A stretch of DNA of 64,000 bases from an uncultured Chthonomonadaceae bacterium. Its GTDB lineage: Bacteria > Armatimonadota > Chthonomonadetes > Chthonomonadales > Chthonomonadaceae. The notes under the pieces are model-generated. The model worked only from the letters and a program-made list of their open reading frames with translations, was not told the DNA's origin and did no database searches. The stretch lies in NCBI GenBank assembly GCA_963817895.1, contig CAWFQB010000002.1, forward strand, positions 416,001 through 480,000, in the 5' to 3' direction. A program made the translations under genes and the position numbers. This document shows, in pieces, positions 21,040 to 31,326 of this stretch. Numbering within the stretch: the stretch's first letter is position 1; the number at the start of each line of letters is the position of its first letter.

Positions 21040-23145
21040 ATGCGTATCCCTTTGAAATGGTTACAGCAGTATGTGAATGTGCAGGCGAGCGGGCAGGAAG
21101 TCGGCGTGAAACTGACGATGGGCGGGCTGGAAGTGGAAGGCATCGAGGAGTCCGCGCTTGGCCCCGTATTGGATGTGTATGTCACGCCGAACCGGGGCGA
21201 TTGCCTGTCCCTGCTCGGCGTGGCGCGTGAAGTGTCCGCGCTGTACGGCCTGCCTTTGACGCTGCCCACGCCGCCTCATTCGGAAAAGGGTGGTGATGTG
21301 GCGGGGCAAACATCGGTTACAATTGAGGACGCGGATTTATGCCCCCGGTACGCGGCGCGGATTGTACGGGGCGTGAAGATTGGCGACTCCCCGGCATGGA
21401 TGCAGGCGCGATTGGAAGCGGCGGGACAGCGGCCTATCAACAACATTGTGGACGTGACCAATTATGTCATGCTGGAATTGGGCCAGCCGCTTCATGCTTT
21501 CGACCTGCACAAACTGGCGGGTAAGCGGATTGTGGTACGGCGGGCGCGGGATGGCGAAACCATTACCACGCTTGACGGCGAAGCGCGAACGCTTTCCACA
21601 AATACGCTTGTGATTGCCGATGCCGAAAAACCCGTTGCGGTTGCGGGTGTAATGGGGGGCGCAGACTCGGAAGTGGACGCGAACAGCGTGGATATTCTGA
21701 TTGAATCCGCGCATTTTGATCCGCTTGCCATTCGGCGCGCGTCCCGGCTGCTGAAACTGCGCACGGAAGCCTCGTACCGTTTCGAGCGCGTGGTGGATAT
21801 AGAGGGCGTTCAACGGGCGGTAGACCGCGCCTGCGAACTACTGGCCGACATGGGACAAACGGGAGTGGTTCCGGGCATCATAGATGTGTATCCGCAGCCA
21901 TATAAAGCGCGTCATCTGAATCTGCGCGTGTCGCGTGCGGCGGAACTGCTCGGCATGAACATCACGACGGATGTGGCAACGGATTGCCTGACGCGATTGG
22001 GCTTTACGGTCGGGCCGCGCGTGGATAGCGACACGCTGAACGTTCAGGTTCCCTCGTTCCGGCCCGATGTTACGCTGGAAGAGGATTTGATTGAGGAGGT
22101 CGGGCGTATCTACGGGTATGAGAACATTCCCGAAACCCTGCCGCGCGGCTTTACCACGCAGGGCGGCGACAGCCCGGACGGTTTATTCATAGACCGTATC
22201 AAGCACATTCTGGCGTCTGCGGGCTTGCAGGAGGTCGTGACGCACAGCCTGACCGCGCCCGCGTTCTTCAACTCGCCCGACGACGCTTCGCGCCGCGTGT
22301 CCGTGCGCAACGCGCTGTCTGCGGAAGTGGGCGGACTGCGCCGTTCGCTATTGCCCACCCTGCTGGACGTAGCAAAGCACAACGCCGCCTATCAGCAGGC
22401 GAACATGGCTCTGTTTGAAGTCGGGCGCGTGTGGCAGATGCAGGCGGTTCCGGCTGAGGATGGCGGTTCTGGCGAACCTGTGCCTACGGAGTACATCGCG
22501 GTCGGCGGCTTGCTTGTCGGCTCACTGGAACCGGGCGAATGGCACAACCGGGGCAAAGGCGCAAGCGCGGACTTTTATACCATCAGGGGCATTGTCGAGC
22601 GGCTGACGGCAAATCTTGGAATGGCAAACGTAACTTTTGCGCCATTGGGCGAGAAAGCCGCTGCCCTGCCCCTCCTGCACCCCGGACGCGGCGCCCTCGT
22701 GATGCGCAACGAGAGTCAGGTGATTGGAATGGTGGGAGAACTGCATCCACGCGCGGCGCAGCAGGCCGATTTGCGCGACAAAATCTATGTGTTCGAACTC
22801 AGCTACGATGCGCTGAAACAGGAGGGCGACACGCCCTCCGCCGCGTACCACGCCCTGCCGCGCTTCCCGGCTGTCACGCGCGATCTGGCCCCGCGTCTGG
22901 CTGCCGCAATCCCGTACAGACAGGTTCAGGCGGCAGTGGAAAGCGTCACCGCGCCCCTGCTCGAATCCATGCGCCTGACCGACGTATTCGAGGGTTCACC
23001 CGTGCCGGAAGACCAGAAAAGCCTGACGCTTTCGTTCACCTTCCGCGCGCCCGACCGAACGCTCAACGAACCCGAAGTCACCGCAGCGCTGCTGGAACTG
23101 CGTAACGCGCTGGAAACACACTGCGCGGCAACCTTTGTAGGATAA
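21040..23145 (+). CDS. pheT: Phenylalanine--tRNA ligase beta subunit (lacks B2 OB-fold)
   Basis: TPNRGDCLS, NNIVDVTNYV, EDLIEEVGRIYGY, C-terminal FDX-ACB domain. Confidence 0.96.
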   Translation: MRIPLKWLQQYVNVQASGQEVGVKLTMGGLEVEGIEESALGPVLDVYVTPNRGDCLSLLGVAREVSALYGLPLTLPTPPHSEKGGDVAGQTSVTIEDADLCPRYAARIVRGVKIGDSPAWMQARLEAAGQRPINNIVDVTNYVMLELGQPLHAFDLHKLAGKRIVVRRARDGETITTLDGEARTLSTNTLVIADAEKPVAVAGVMGGADSEVDANSVDILIESAHFDPLAIRRASRLLKLRTEASYRFERVVDIEGVQRAVDRACELLADMGQTGVVPGIIDVYPQPYKARHLNLRVSRAAELLGMNITTDVATDCLTRLGFTVGPRVDSDTLNVQVPSFRPDVTLEEDLIEEVGRIYGYENIPETLPRGFTTQGGDSPDGLFIDRIKHILASAGLQEVVTHSLTAPAFFNSPDDASRRVSVRNALSAEVGGLRRSLLPTLLDVAKHNAAYQQANMALFEVGRVWQMQAVPAEDGGSGEPVPTEYIAVGGLLVGSLEPGEWHNRGKGASADFYTIRGIVERLTANLGMANVTFAPLGEKAAALPLLHPGRGALVMRNESQVIGMVGELHPRAAQQADLRDKIYVFELSYDALKQEGDTPSAAYHALPRFPAVTRDLAPRLAAAIPYRQVQAAVESVTAPLLESMRLTDVFEGSPVPEDQKSLTLSFTFRAPDRTLNEPEVTAALLELRNALETHCAATFVG

Positions 23146-23156
23146 GAGGAGATTGT

Positions 23157-24266
23157 ATGAAAGTAGGTATTATAGGTTTGCCGCAGTCCGGCAAGACCAG
23201 TTTGTATAACGCCCTCACGCGCTCACAGGTGGAGTTGAACCGCTTTGGCGCAACCGAAGTCAATGTCGGCGTGATCGCCGTACCCGATCCGCGCTTTGAT
23301 TACGCGGTAGAGCAGTGTGAGCCGAAGAAAATCACGCCCGCCGTAATCGAGTTTACCGAAGGCGGGGCGCGAGTGGAGCGGGACGAGAACCGGGGGCAGG
23401 GCGCGCGGGATAAATTCGGCACGGACTTTTTCGCCAGTGTGCGCAACATGGACGCGCTTGTTCTTGTGGCGCGCGCGTTTACGGACAGCGCGGTTACGCT
23501 TCCGTCCGGCGGCGTCAACCCCCGGCGCGAGGCCGAGCAGATTTTAGAGGAACTGCTGCTGGCCGATTTGGGCGTAGTAGAGAACCGGCTGGAAAAATTG
23601 GAAAAGGCCAAGCTGCAAAAGCGGCAAACGCCCGGAGAGGCCGTCGAGCATCAGGTGATGATTCGGATCAAAAATCATCTGGAAAGCCTGGAACCTATCC
23701 GCACGTTGGAACTCACGGAAGATGAAAAACGCTCGTTGCGCGGCTACATGTTCGTGTCCGGCAAACCCCTGATACTGGTTGCCAATGTGGGCGAGGACGA
23801 GGTTGGCGAGGATACGCCCGTCAGTGTTTTGCCTGCATCCGCGTACGCGCAGGAGCAGGGCTTGCTTCTCGTCACGCTGTGCGCCAAAGTGGAGATGGAA
23901 GTGGCGCAAATGGAGCCTGCCGAAGAGCGCGAGTTTCTGGAAGCGATGGGCATTGCCGAAGCCGCCCGCGACCGCCTGATTCGCGTCGCGTATGCCGCGC
24001 TCGGCCTGATGAGCTTCTTCACGGTTGGCGAAGACGAAGTGCGGGCTTGGACAATCACCAAAGGCACGAACGCGGTGGGAGCGGCGGAAAAGATACATAG
24101 CGATCTGGCGCGCGGCTTCATTCGCGCCGAAGTGATGGCGTTTGAGGATTTCCGCAGCGCGGCAGGCTGTTGGGATGAAGCAAGGGCGGCAGGCAAAATG
24201 CGACTGGAGGGCAAAGAGTACCTCATAAAAGACGGCGATATAATGCACGTTCGGTTTAAGGTATAA
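23157..24266 (+). CDS. ychF: YchF-family ATPase
   Basis: GIIGLPQSGKTS, VPDPR, FFTVGEDEVRAW, IHSDLARGFIRAEV, EGKEYLIKDGD. Confidence 0.88.
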   Translation: MKVGIIGLPQSGKTSLYNALTRSQVELNRFGATEVNVGVIAVPDPRFDYAVEQCEPKKITPAVIEFTEGGARVERDENRGQGARDKFGTDFFASVRNMDALVLVARAFTDSAVTLPSGGVNPRREAEQILEELLLADLGVVENRLEKLEKAKLQKRQTPGEAVEHQVMIRIKNHLESLEPIRTLELTEDEKRSLRGYMFVSGKPLILVANVGEDEVGEDTPVSVLPASAYAQEQGLLLVTLCAKVEMEVAQMEPAEEREFLEAMGIAEAARDRLIRVAYAALGLMSFFTVGEDEVRAWTITKGTNAVGAAEKIHSDLARGFIRAEVMAFEDFRSAAGCWDEARAAGKMRLEGKEYLIKDGDIMHVRFKV

Positions 24267-24710
24267 GGGTTTTAAGGTTCTATGGTTTTAGGTTCCAGTG
24301 ACTGGATTAAACGGTGCAGGAGTTTGCTGATTGATTCCGTTTGTTGGAGGAGTGGCTGGATTTGTTCTGCTGTTGCCAGTTGTATATCAGGGCAGAGCAG
24401 CAGGAACGTTTCAAGTTCCCGCAAACTGCCCTGTGCTATACGAAGGAACTGCTGGTAATCTTTCCGTGTTCCGCGCCCGCTTCCCTCAGCAATATTGGCG
24501 GGTACGGCTGTTGCCGCCCGCCGCATCTGGCTTGTGAGGCCATAGAGTTCTTCTTTGGGAAACATCCGCGTCAGGAAATAACACGCTTTCGCCAGTTGCA
24601 TTGCCTGCTGCCAAACGAGCAAATCACGATAAGAACGTATCTCCTCCTATGCCATTACCAACCCCTTCCTATTCCCTTAAAACCCTAAAACCATAGAACT
24701 CTAAAACCCT
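24266..24710. mobile_element. Family F inverted repeat arms enclosing a four-helix-bundle gene
   Basis: AGGGTTTTAAGGTTCTATGGTTTTAGGTT 24266-24294 / AACCCTAAAACCATAGAACTCTAAAACCCT 24681-24710. Confidence 0.7.
24272..24655 (-). CDS. Four helix bundle protein (23S rRNA IVP family); TAG at codon 3 from the ATG, alternative TTG at 24622
   Basis: SYRDLLVWQ, FPKEELYGLTSQMRRAA..VPANIAEG.GR, FLRIAQGSLRELET. Confidence 0.9.
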
Positions 24711-26481
24711 ACCTCTGACCGGGAGGACGAGACGGATGGGGCGGGGCTTCGGGCTGGCCGGGAATGGTTCCGTGCAGGACGGGGCCGATGTGCTGCCATA
24801 AACCCGCGATGAAGTTGCGCATCTGCTCGCGCTGCGCTTCATCGGTTCCCGGCGCCTCCTGACACACGCGCACGAAGTACGAGGGCTGGCCGCCGTCCCC
24901 GAAGAAGGTCTGCCAGATCAGGGCGTTGCGTATCTGTGTCGTGGATTGCAGCACCTTGCCCTGCACCACATAGCAGAACATCATCTCCGTTTGTTCCGGG
25001 CGGCCCGTCTGCTTGAAGTGGGACTCCTGAACGGAAATTGTTTCCGCAGGCGTTTTCAGGGGAATGGGTCCCTGATCCAGAATCACGGCGTCGCTGCCCA
25101 ACGCGCAGTTGTGTGGGTCATGGAACACCTTGCGCCCGGTTCCCGCCGTCATAAACAGTTGGATATGGGAGCCGTCCGTCCCCACATAATCGCGGTTGAC
25201 GACGCGCAGGGGACTGAGCATTTCCAGCTGCGCTTCCGGCAGCGTATCCGTCTCTTCCAGCGGATTGTCTTTCGTGGTATACGTGACGCTGTTGTAGGCG
25301 AACGTTTTGGGAACCTGGAAAGTGGCAATGGGCGCTTTCTGCGTGGGTACGCTGCTGCGCAGGGCCGCATACGTGACCAGCGAAACCAGCAATATAACGT
25401 CCAGAGCGACCGCCTGCGGCAGCGTTTTGCGCAATTGCCCCGTCGTGGGACGCCACGCGAGGAGTTCCTGCCACCATTCCGGGGCGGGCGGAGTTTCCGG
25501 CCCCTGTGCGTCCTTCGCGGCTTTGGCGGCTTCTCGGTCCCTCTGTTCCATCTCGTCCGTCAGGGGTACGCCCAGAAACCGTTCGCACTTTAACACGCGG
25601 GCAAAGTTGAACAGAAACGTGAAGGCGAGAATCAACACGATAAAGCCGCTGTAATCGTGGAAAAACTGCGCGGAACTTGTGCTGAACAACTCGCCCACAA
25701 CGCCGATAAGCGCGATACGCAGGCCGTTGATAAGCAGACTGAGGGGCGCGGTCATCAGAAACAGCGTCCAGCGTTTCCACGCGGGCGCTTCCACGAGGTA
25801 CGCGAAGGCGGCGGAAAAGGTGAGCAGCGACAGCAGCGTTTTGAAGCCGCTGCACGGCAGCTCGACCGCCATGCGATAGTGTTCCATGTGAATCTGCGTA
25901 CCCTCCTGCATGGAGGTCAGGCCGATATAATTCATCATCCAGGTGGCAATCTGCGCCGATTTCATCTGAATGGGAAACGCGATGCCGTTAATCAACTGGT
26001 CGGGAACCAGCGGCATCATCATCGTGACGAACAGCAGGGGAAACAGCAGCAGCCGCGTTTTGGGCGTTCCCAGGAACAGCAGGCTGCCGCCCACCAGCAG
26101 AAAGATGAACGACATTGACTGCACGGTGGGAATATCCGAGTGCAGCGCAAGCAGCAGCAACAGCAGGCCCGGAACAATCAGGGCCAGGCCTGTCCAGGAG
26201 GGCTGCCGCCGCACATGCTGCAAACGATCCCGGCTGCGCCATAGCATAACGGCCACGAAAAAAGGCACAAAGGCCGCATGAGCGTAAAAACTGCCCGGCG
26301 CTTTCCACTCGTAGTACCAGATCAGAAAGGTGTTGGAATACAACACCAACGCCAGAACGAGCGCGGCCACGTAGGGCAGGCCATACATCAGGCGCTTCCG
26401 GTCGGAACCGGGAAGCGCCTGCGACTCATCCACATCGGATTCCAGCGTGTTTTTGGAAGCGCGGCTATCGAGAATATCCAT
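24709..26481 (-). CDS. Exosortase fused to EpsI-like domain
   Basis: About 8 TM segments with catalytic C (PCSG), R (NGLRI), H (FHD); C-terminal FHDPHNC. Confidence 0.9.
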   Translation of the reverse strand: MDILDSRASKNTLESDVDESQALPGSDRKRLMYGLPYVAALVLALVLYSNTFLIWYYEWKAPGSFYAHAAFVPFFVAVMLWRSRDRLQHVRRQPSWTGLALIVPGLLLLLLALHSDIPTVQSMSFIFLLVGGSLLFLGTPKTRLLLFPLLFVTMMMPLVPDQLINGIAFPIQMKSAQIATWMMNYIGLTSMQEGTQIHMEHYRMAVELPCSGFKTLLSLLTFSAAFAYLVEAPAWKRWTLFLMTAPLSLLINGLRIALIGVVGELFSTSSAQFFHDYSGFIVLILAFTFLFNFARVLKCERFLGVPLTDEMEQRDREAAKAAKDAQGPETPPAPEWWQELLAWRPTTGQLRKTLPQAVALDVILLVSLVTYAALRSSVPTQKAPIATFQVPKTFAYNSVTYTTKDNPLEETDTLPEAQLEMLSPLRVVNRDYVGTDGSHIQLFMTAGTGRKVFHDPHNCALGSDAVILDQGPIPLKTPAETISVQESHFKQTGRPEQTEMMFCYVVQGKVLQSTTQIRNALIWQTFFGDGGQPSYFVRVCQEAPGTDEAQREQMRNFIAGLWQHIGPVLHGTIPGQPEAPPHPSRPPGQR

Positions 26482-26516
26482 CGGGTGTTACTTTCAATCA
26501 GAAAACGCAGTCTGTT

Positions 26517-27473
26517 CTAATGGTTCTTTTTGCCTAAGAACTGGTTGATAATCGCCTTGTCGTTGGGGTCTTCGCTCTTGAAGTTGCTGCCATCGCCCCA
26601 CACTTTGTTCAGATACTCCAATGGCGGTTTGGCTCGTTTGCCCGCGACGACCTCACGTATTTTTTCATGCGTTTTCTTATCATTCAGGTCGGCTTTGCTG
26701 CCCGGCGTGATGTCATCAATCATGCGAATAACCAACTTTTGCGCGCCCGCCTTTGAAAACACGTCCGGCGGAAATACCTGCACCTGTCCCTTTTTCATGG
26801 CGAAAATCTGCGCGTTCTGCTGAGTTCCAAACGGCTGAACGAAGGTGAACACTTGACCGGGTATATGGGATTGCGCCTGATTGTCGTCGCCCACGAACCG
26901 GACAGACGTGGGAAAGTTGGTCTGAATCAGCGTGGGGCTGACATCCTTCTCCATCAGTTCTTTGACCTTGTCAATGTCGCTGATATTGTACACCAGCGCC
27001 AGTCGGGTATGCGCTTTGGCGGGCGTGTCGAACGCCGGCGGCTGCGCGTTGTATTCCTCTTTGATCTGGTCATCGGAAACGGCAATGTCCGCTGTGCGCA
27101 GGCGAATGTCTTCCATCTGCTGCTTGATACGCGCCTTGTACTCCGGTTCCATCCAGGGCTGCGCGGCGAGTTCCTGCGCGAACTGAAGATTGAGTTCGCG
27201 CATCTGGTTGAACGCTTCGTCCACCTCTTTGGTGTCCGGGGCCAGATTGCGCTTTGCCGCCTCATCATCGAGCATGTAGCGCTGAATCATGCTGAATTTG
27301 ACCGCCGGGCCGCTGTTTTGCGTCATATAATCGTACACATCCTGCTGCGTGATAGCATGAGTGCCGTAAGACATGACCACGCGCCGGTTACGAAAGCGCT
27401 GGTACATAAAAGCGTTTGCCGCCAGAGAAATCAGCAGCAGCACGACGAGAATTAAACGAACCGCATTACGCAT
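26517..27473 (-). CDS. SurA/PrsA-like foldase (EpsD-like)
   Basis: N-terminal TM, ITQQD, EAAKRNL, VSDDQIKEEY; adjacent to exosortase. Confidence 0.6.
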   Translation of the reverse strand: MRNAVRLILVVLLLISLAANAFMYQRFRNRRVVMSYGTHAITQQDVYDYMTQNSGPAVKFSMIQRYMLDDEAAKRNLAPDTKEVDEAFNQMRELNLQFAQELAAQPWMEPEYKARIKQQMEDIRLRTADIAVSDDQIKEEYNAQPPAFDTPAKAHTRLALVYNISDIDKVKELMEKDVSPTLIQTNFPTSVRFVGDDNQAQSHIPGQVFTFVQPFGTQQNAQIFAMKKGQVQVFPPDVFSKAGAQKLVIRMIDDITPGSKADLNDKKTHEKIREVVAGKRAKPPLEYLNKVWGDGSNFKSEDPNDKAIINQFLGKKNH

Positions 27474-27542
27474 AAGATCATACTCCCCTGCTTGCCGCGA
27501 CATCCGTGTCGGCTGTAACCCGGCGGGCAGGCTGTTGAAAGA

Positions 27543-28643
27543 TTACTGAACGGATATTGCCATCACGCCGCGCTCAACGCGCCGCGCGTGCAGATTTCGA
27601 ATCACGGCAGCGATACGCGCTACCCAGTGTTCCAGGGACAAAGACGTTTCCATATCGCGCCGCGCCTGATCGCCCATGCGCTGCGCCTCTTCCGGGCTGT
27701 CCAGCAGGCGCGTAATGGCCTTTCGCCAGCCGTCCACATCGCCCGGAGCGACATACAGGCCGTTTTCGCCCTGCCGGATAGCGTCTTTTTGACCCGTTGT
27801 GCTGGTGGTGATAATGGCTTTGCCCATTGCCATGCCCTCCAGTATCGTGGTAATGCCCGCCTGAAAATCGTTCTCATACAGCGGCACGACCACAAATCTC
27901 GAGTCGGCGTACAATCGCCGCAGCTCGTTGTACTCGTAGCGTTTGGCCGTCACATTGGGCGGCAGAACACGCTCTTCTGTCTCGTTACGGTGCTTGCTCC
28001 ACGGACTTGCCGCCGCCAGCCGCACTTCCACATCCAACCCCTCTACCGCCGCCAGCAGCGTGGGATAATCCCGCCATTCCAGGCCCGCGCTGCAAATCAG
28101 GCGCGGAGGCGCGTCGGTTTCGGCAGGCAGGGGGCGATAAAACTTAGCGTCGGCGTGAAACGGAATCAAATGCAGCCGGGATTCGGGAATATTCAACTGA
28201 ACCCGCGCAAAATCGTATTGAGTCGCCGCGTACACAAAAATCGCGTCCATCTGCGCCTGCAAACTTCGCAGCAGCAGGCGCTTCTTGCCCGTAGACACCT
28301 TATGCCCGATGAGAACATGACCGGGACGCCGCTCGCCGTGCCGTTTCAACAGCAGGGAAAGGGGTATCCCGACATTTTCCCCGTTTGAATAGATAATATC
28401 ATATTTCTGCCGCTGCGCGTAGCCCAATGCGGCAAGGGCGGCATCCTTGCCCGCGCGCTGCGCCAGCCGTACCAGAAGTGGATTCGACTGCGCTTCCAGC
28501 GCGGCATAGTCCAGCAAATCCGCGTTCAGTTCCGCCTGCAGCGCATAATAGTCCATCTGCGGGTGCGCGTCCCCTCGGACGGCATCGGCAATCCCCTGTT
28601 TGGCGACGCTCGGCACGAGCATCAAGACGCGAGGCGAAGTCAA
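27543..28643 (-). CDS. GT4 glycosyltransferase
   Basis: RDYPTLL, GITTILEGMAMGKAII, GENGLYV.PGD. Confidence 0.9.
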   Translation of the reverse strand: MTSPRVLMLVPSVAKQGIADAVRGDAHPQMDYYALQAELNADLLDYAALEAQSNPLLVRLAQRAGKDAALAALGYAQRQKYDIIYSNGENVGIPLSLLLKRHGERRPGHVLIGHKVSTGKKRLLLRSLQAQMDAIFVYAATQYDFARVQLNIPESRLHLIPFHADAKFYRPLPAETDAPPRLICSAGLEWRDYPTLLAAVEGLDVEVRLAAASPWSKHRNETEERVLPPNVTAKRYEYNELRRLYADSRFVVVPLYENDFQAGITTILEGMAMGKAIITTSTTGQKDAIRQGENGLYVAPGDVDGWRKAITRLLDSPEEAQRMGDQARRDMETSLSLEHWVARIAAVIRNLHARRVERGVMAISVQ

Positions 28644-28656
28644 AATAGTTACTCCA

Positions 28657-28771
28657 GAGTGAGAGCGGAGAGTGAGAGTACATGTGTATTTTCTCTCACT
28701 CTCACTCTCCACTCTTCACTTTTGCCCACTCTCAGTTTGTCTTTCTCTCACTCTCACTCTTCACTCTCACT
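28657..28771. repeat. Paired inverted tandem repeats, family K (GAGAGT)
   Basis: GAGTGAGAG arm 28657-28680; CTCTCACT arms 28693-28771. Confidence 0.85.
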
Positions 28772-29865
28772 TCTTTCAACAGAGTCAAAATCGCGTTATA
28801 ATTGCGGCAGGCGTCGAAACGAGTTTCCGCCAGTTCGCGGGACGCGCGGGACATTGCTATGCGCCGGGGTTCGTCGGCAAGCAATGTTCGTACCGCTGTG
28901 GTAATCGCGCCCGCGTCGCCGGGCGCGATGATGAGGCCGTTGACATCGGCTTCCACCTCCTCGCGCAAGGCTCCGACATTCGTGGTGACAATCGGCAATC
29001 CCGCCGCCATCGCCTCCATCACGGCTATGGGCAGGCAATCGCCCTTTGTCGGAAACACGAACACATCGGCCTGCGCGTACAATCCGCATAGTTCATGGCT
29101 GTTGGCTGTCAATCCCTGATGAACCCGGATACCCTCCACGCCGGATAATTCCCGCGCGGCTTTCGGGTCTTTCGTGACAATATCGAGAACGCAATCCGAG
29201 CGTAAATTATGATGGAACGCTTCTATCAGTTCCGGGCCGCCCTTGCGCGCGAAATCGCCGCCGACAAACAACAATCGCAGCGGCTTTCCCGTTTCGCGTG
29301 GGGGACGCTCCTGCCCGAATGTCCATTTCGCCATGTCCACGCCGGGAGGAATCACGGTTACTTTGCCCGCTTCCACGCCATAATCGTTGACAAGCGAGTC
29401 TTTTGCCCACTGACACCACGTAGTCAGCGCGGTGGCGGTATGGAACGAGCGCCGATTCCATTCATATTTACGGCGTTCCAGCCAGGAATCGTTACCCCCC
29501 GCGTCGCCATATTCCGCTCCAACCGTATCATAATTCAGGGGCGTGGCATCCAGGGAGATCACAGCGGGTATGCGCCGCATCCAGTCGAGCGCGAATAACG
29601 TGGTTGTTTGGGTGTGGAAGAATAGAGCTTCAAAGGGTTGCGCGGGGTTTGCCGCTTTCAGGGCAGCGCGGGCGCGCAGGCTGGACTTTAATGACCAGTT
29701 GCCTCGTATTCCCGGCAAGCGTTCCCAGACATCCGGCGCGTGGGGAACAATCGGCAGCCATGTCGGGGCTAAGGCAGCATCCTGATCCGCCCAGTACGCC
29801 AGATTCTGGTGGTGCGTCACATGTCCGAGCGCCTGCTCCATGATAAATGCAATCGGAGTCGGCAT
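28732..29865 (-). CDS. GT4 glycosyltransferase
   Basis: LLFVGGDFARKGG, EAMAAGLPIV. Confidence 0.92.
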   Translation of the reverse strand: MPTPIAFIMEQALGHVTHHQNLAYWADQDAALAPTWLPIVPHAPDVWERLPGIRGNWSLKSSLRARAALKAANPAQPFEALFFHTQTTTLFALDWMRRIPAVISLDATPLNYDTVGAEYGDAGGNDSWLERRKYEWNRRSFHTATALTTWCQWAKDSLVNDYGVEAGKVTVIPPGVDMAKWTFGQERPPRETGKPLRLLFVGGDFARKGGPELIEAFHHNLRSDCVLDIVTKDPKAARELSGVEGIRVHQGLTANSHELCGLYAQADVFVFPTKGDCLPIAVMEAMAAGLPIVTTNVGALREEVEADVNGLIIAPGDAGAITTAVRTLLADEPRRIAMSRASRELAETRFDACRNYNAILTLLKEVRVKSESERKTN

Positions 29866-29869
29866 AATG

Positions 29870-31126
29870 TTACTCTTGCGCCGCAGGGGTAGCTGTCGCG
29901 GGACTCAGGCTGCGCTGCTTTTCCTGTACCACGCGCAGGTGGAACTGCTCCATCGTCTGCACAATAGAAGCCCAACTGTAATGGTCTTCCACAAGCGCGC
30001 GGCCCGCCGTTCCCAACCTTTGCGCCAGTTCCCGGTCATTCATCAGGCGAACCACAGCCTGCGCGAACGCCTGCGGGTCGTCCTCTATCAGCAGGTGTTC
30101 CCCGTCCCGCGCGTCAATACCCTCGCAGCCCACGCTGGTGGAAACCATCGGCTTGCCCATCGCCAGCCCCTCCAGCACTTTCAGGCGCGTGCCGCTGCCC
30201 ATGCGCAGGGGAACCACAAAAACGCTCGATTTCTCAATATAGGGGCGCACATCCGGCACTTCATCCGTGACAATGACATTCGGGCCGGCAAGCCGAACCA
30301 CCTCTTCGGGCGGCCCCATGCCGACAATCGAAAACACGGTTTCGGGGCGCGCGTTGACGATATGTGGCAGCACTTCCCTGACAAAGAACAGAACCGCATC
30401 CGTGTTGGGACGGTAACTGATTAACCCAGTAAACACCAGACTGTTCGTGTCCACGACTGCGGAAGAGGGCTGAAAATACTCGATATCCACGCCATTAGGC
30501 GCGACGTGCGCGGCCTTGCGGGGCATTTGCGCGTTCACAATCTGCTGTTCGCGCTCGGACGTGAAAATGCACGCATCCGATTTTTGCCAGCAGTCCTGCT
30601 CTTCGCGCTTGAATTTCGTATACTCCAGCCAGTTATATATACGGCGCAGGAGCGAACGCTCCGTCTGATACATGCGATACAGCAGTTCATATTCCAGATT
30701 ATGCTCGTCCACGATCAAAACCGGGCGGGTTCCATAAGGATAGGAGCCTAACTGACTGGATTCGATCTGCACAATATCGAAATTTTCGGTTGCCAGCAGT
30801 TCCGCAAGCAGATTCTGCATGGCGGGAGTGCGCAAACTGCCCGATGAGAACGAGCGGGGAGAAACAAGCGAAGCTAACTGCGCAGCCCGCTTGTCGGACT
30901 GTCGGTTGAGCGGGGCGGGAACCGTATGCACCGCATGGCAGATTTTTTGCAGTTCGGCAACCTTCGCCTCTTCGCCCGGATGCGCGTAGCAAAGCAGCGA
31001 CACCTCATGCGTATGCGAAAGGTGTTTGAGAAACTGATACACGCGGATTCCAAAGCCCCAGTTGGGGGGATAAGGAATGGAGGGCGTTACCACTAAGATG
31101 CGCTGACATATCGCCATGTTCGTCAA
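29870..31126 (-). CDS. GT4 glycosyltransferase (type seen in exosortase loci)
   Basis: PYPPNWG..IR, PNGVD, VVPLRMGSGTRLKVLE. Confidence 0.92.
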   Translation of the reverse strand: MTNMAICQRILVVTPSIPYPPNWGFGIRVYQFLKHLSHTHEVSLLCYAHPGEEAKVAELQKICHAVHTVPAPLNRQSDKRAAQLASLVSPRSFSSGSLRTPAMQNLLAELLATENFDIVQIESSQLGSYPYGTRPVLIVDEHNLEYELLYRMYQTERSLLRRIYNWLEYTKFKREEQDCWQKSDACIFTSEREQQIVNAQMPRKAAHVAPNGVDIEYFQPSSAVVDTNSLVFTGLISYRPNTDAVLFFVREVLPHIVNARPETVFSIVGMGPPEEVVRLAGPNVIVTDEVPDVRPYIEKSSVFVVPLRMGSGTRLKVLEGLAMGKPMVSTSVGCEGIDARDGEHLLIEDDPQAFAQAVVRLMNDRELAQRLGTAGRALVEDHYSWASIVQTMEQFHLRVVQEKQRSLSPATATPAAQE

Positions 31127-31221
31127 AAAGTCTGTCTGTGAAATCTATTCGCCTTCAGTGGCAGAATATAAAAATGGTTGTGTTATTCTAGCACAGATAC
31201 CCGCCTGCTGCCAACAGGAAG

Positions 31222-31326
31222 AAGATACGAGATACGAGAGAGTAGTTCGCTGTTTTTATCTGACACTGCGGATATAATTTGTTCAAGACGCGCCACTCGT
31301 ATCTTCTATCTCGTATCTCGTATCTT
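31222..31326. repeat. Paired inverted tandem repeats, family C (GAGATAC)
   Basis: AGATACGAGATACGAG / CTCGTATCTCGTATCT. Confidence 0.88.

Noticed and set aside
24272..24655. Diversity-generating retroelement (Avd-like gene)
   Set aside because: No reverse transcriptase and no TR/VR pair differing at adenines seen in the window.
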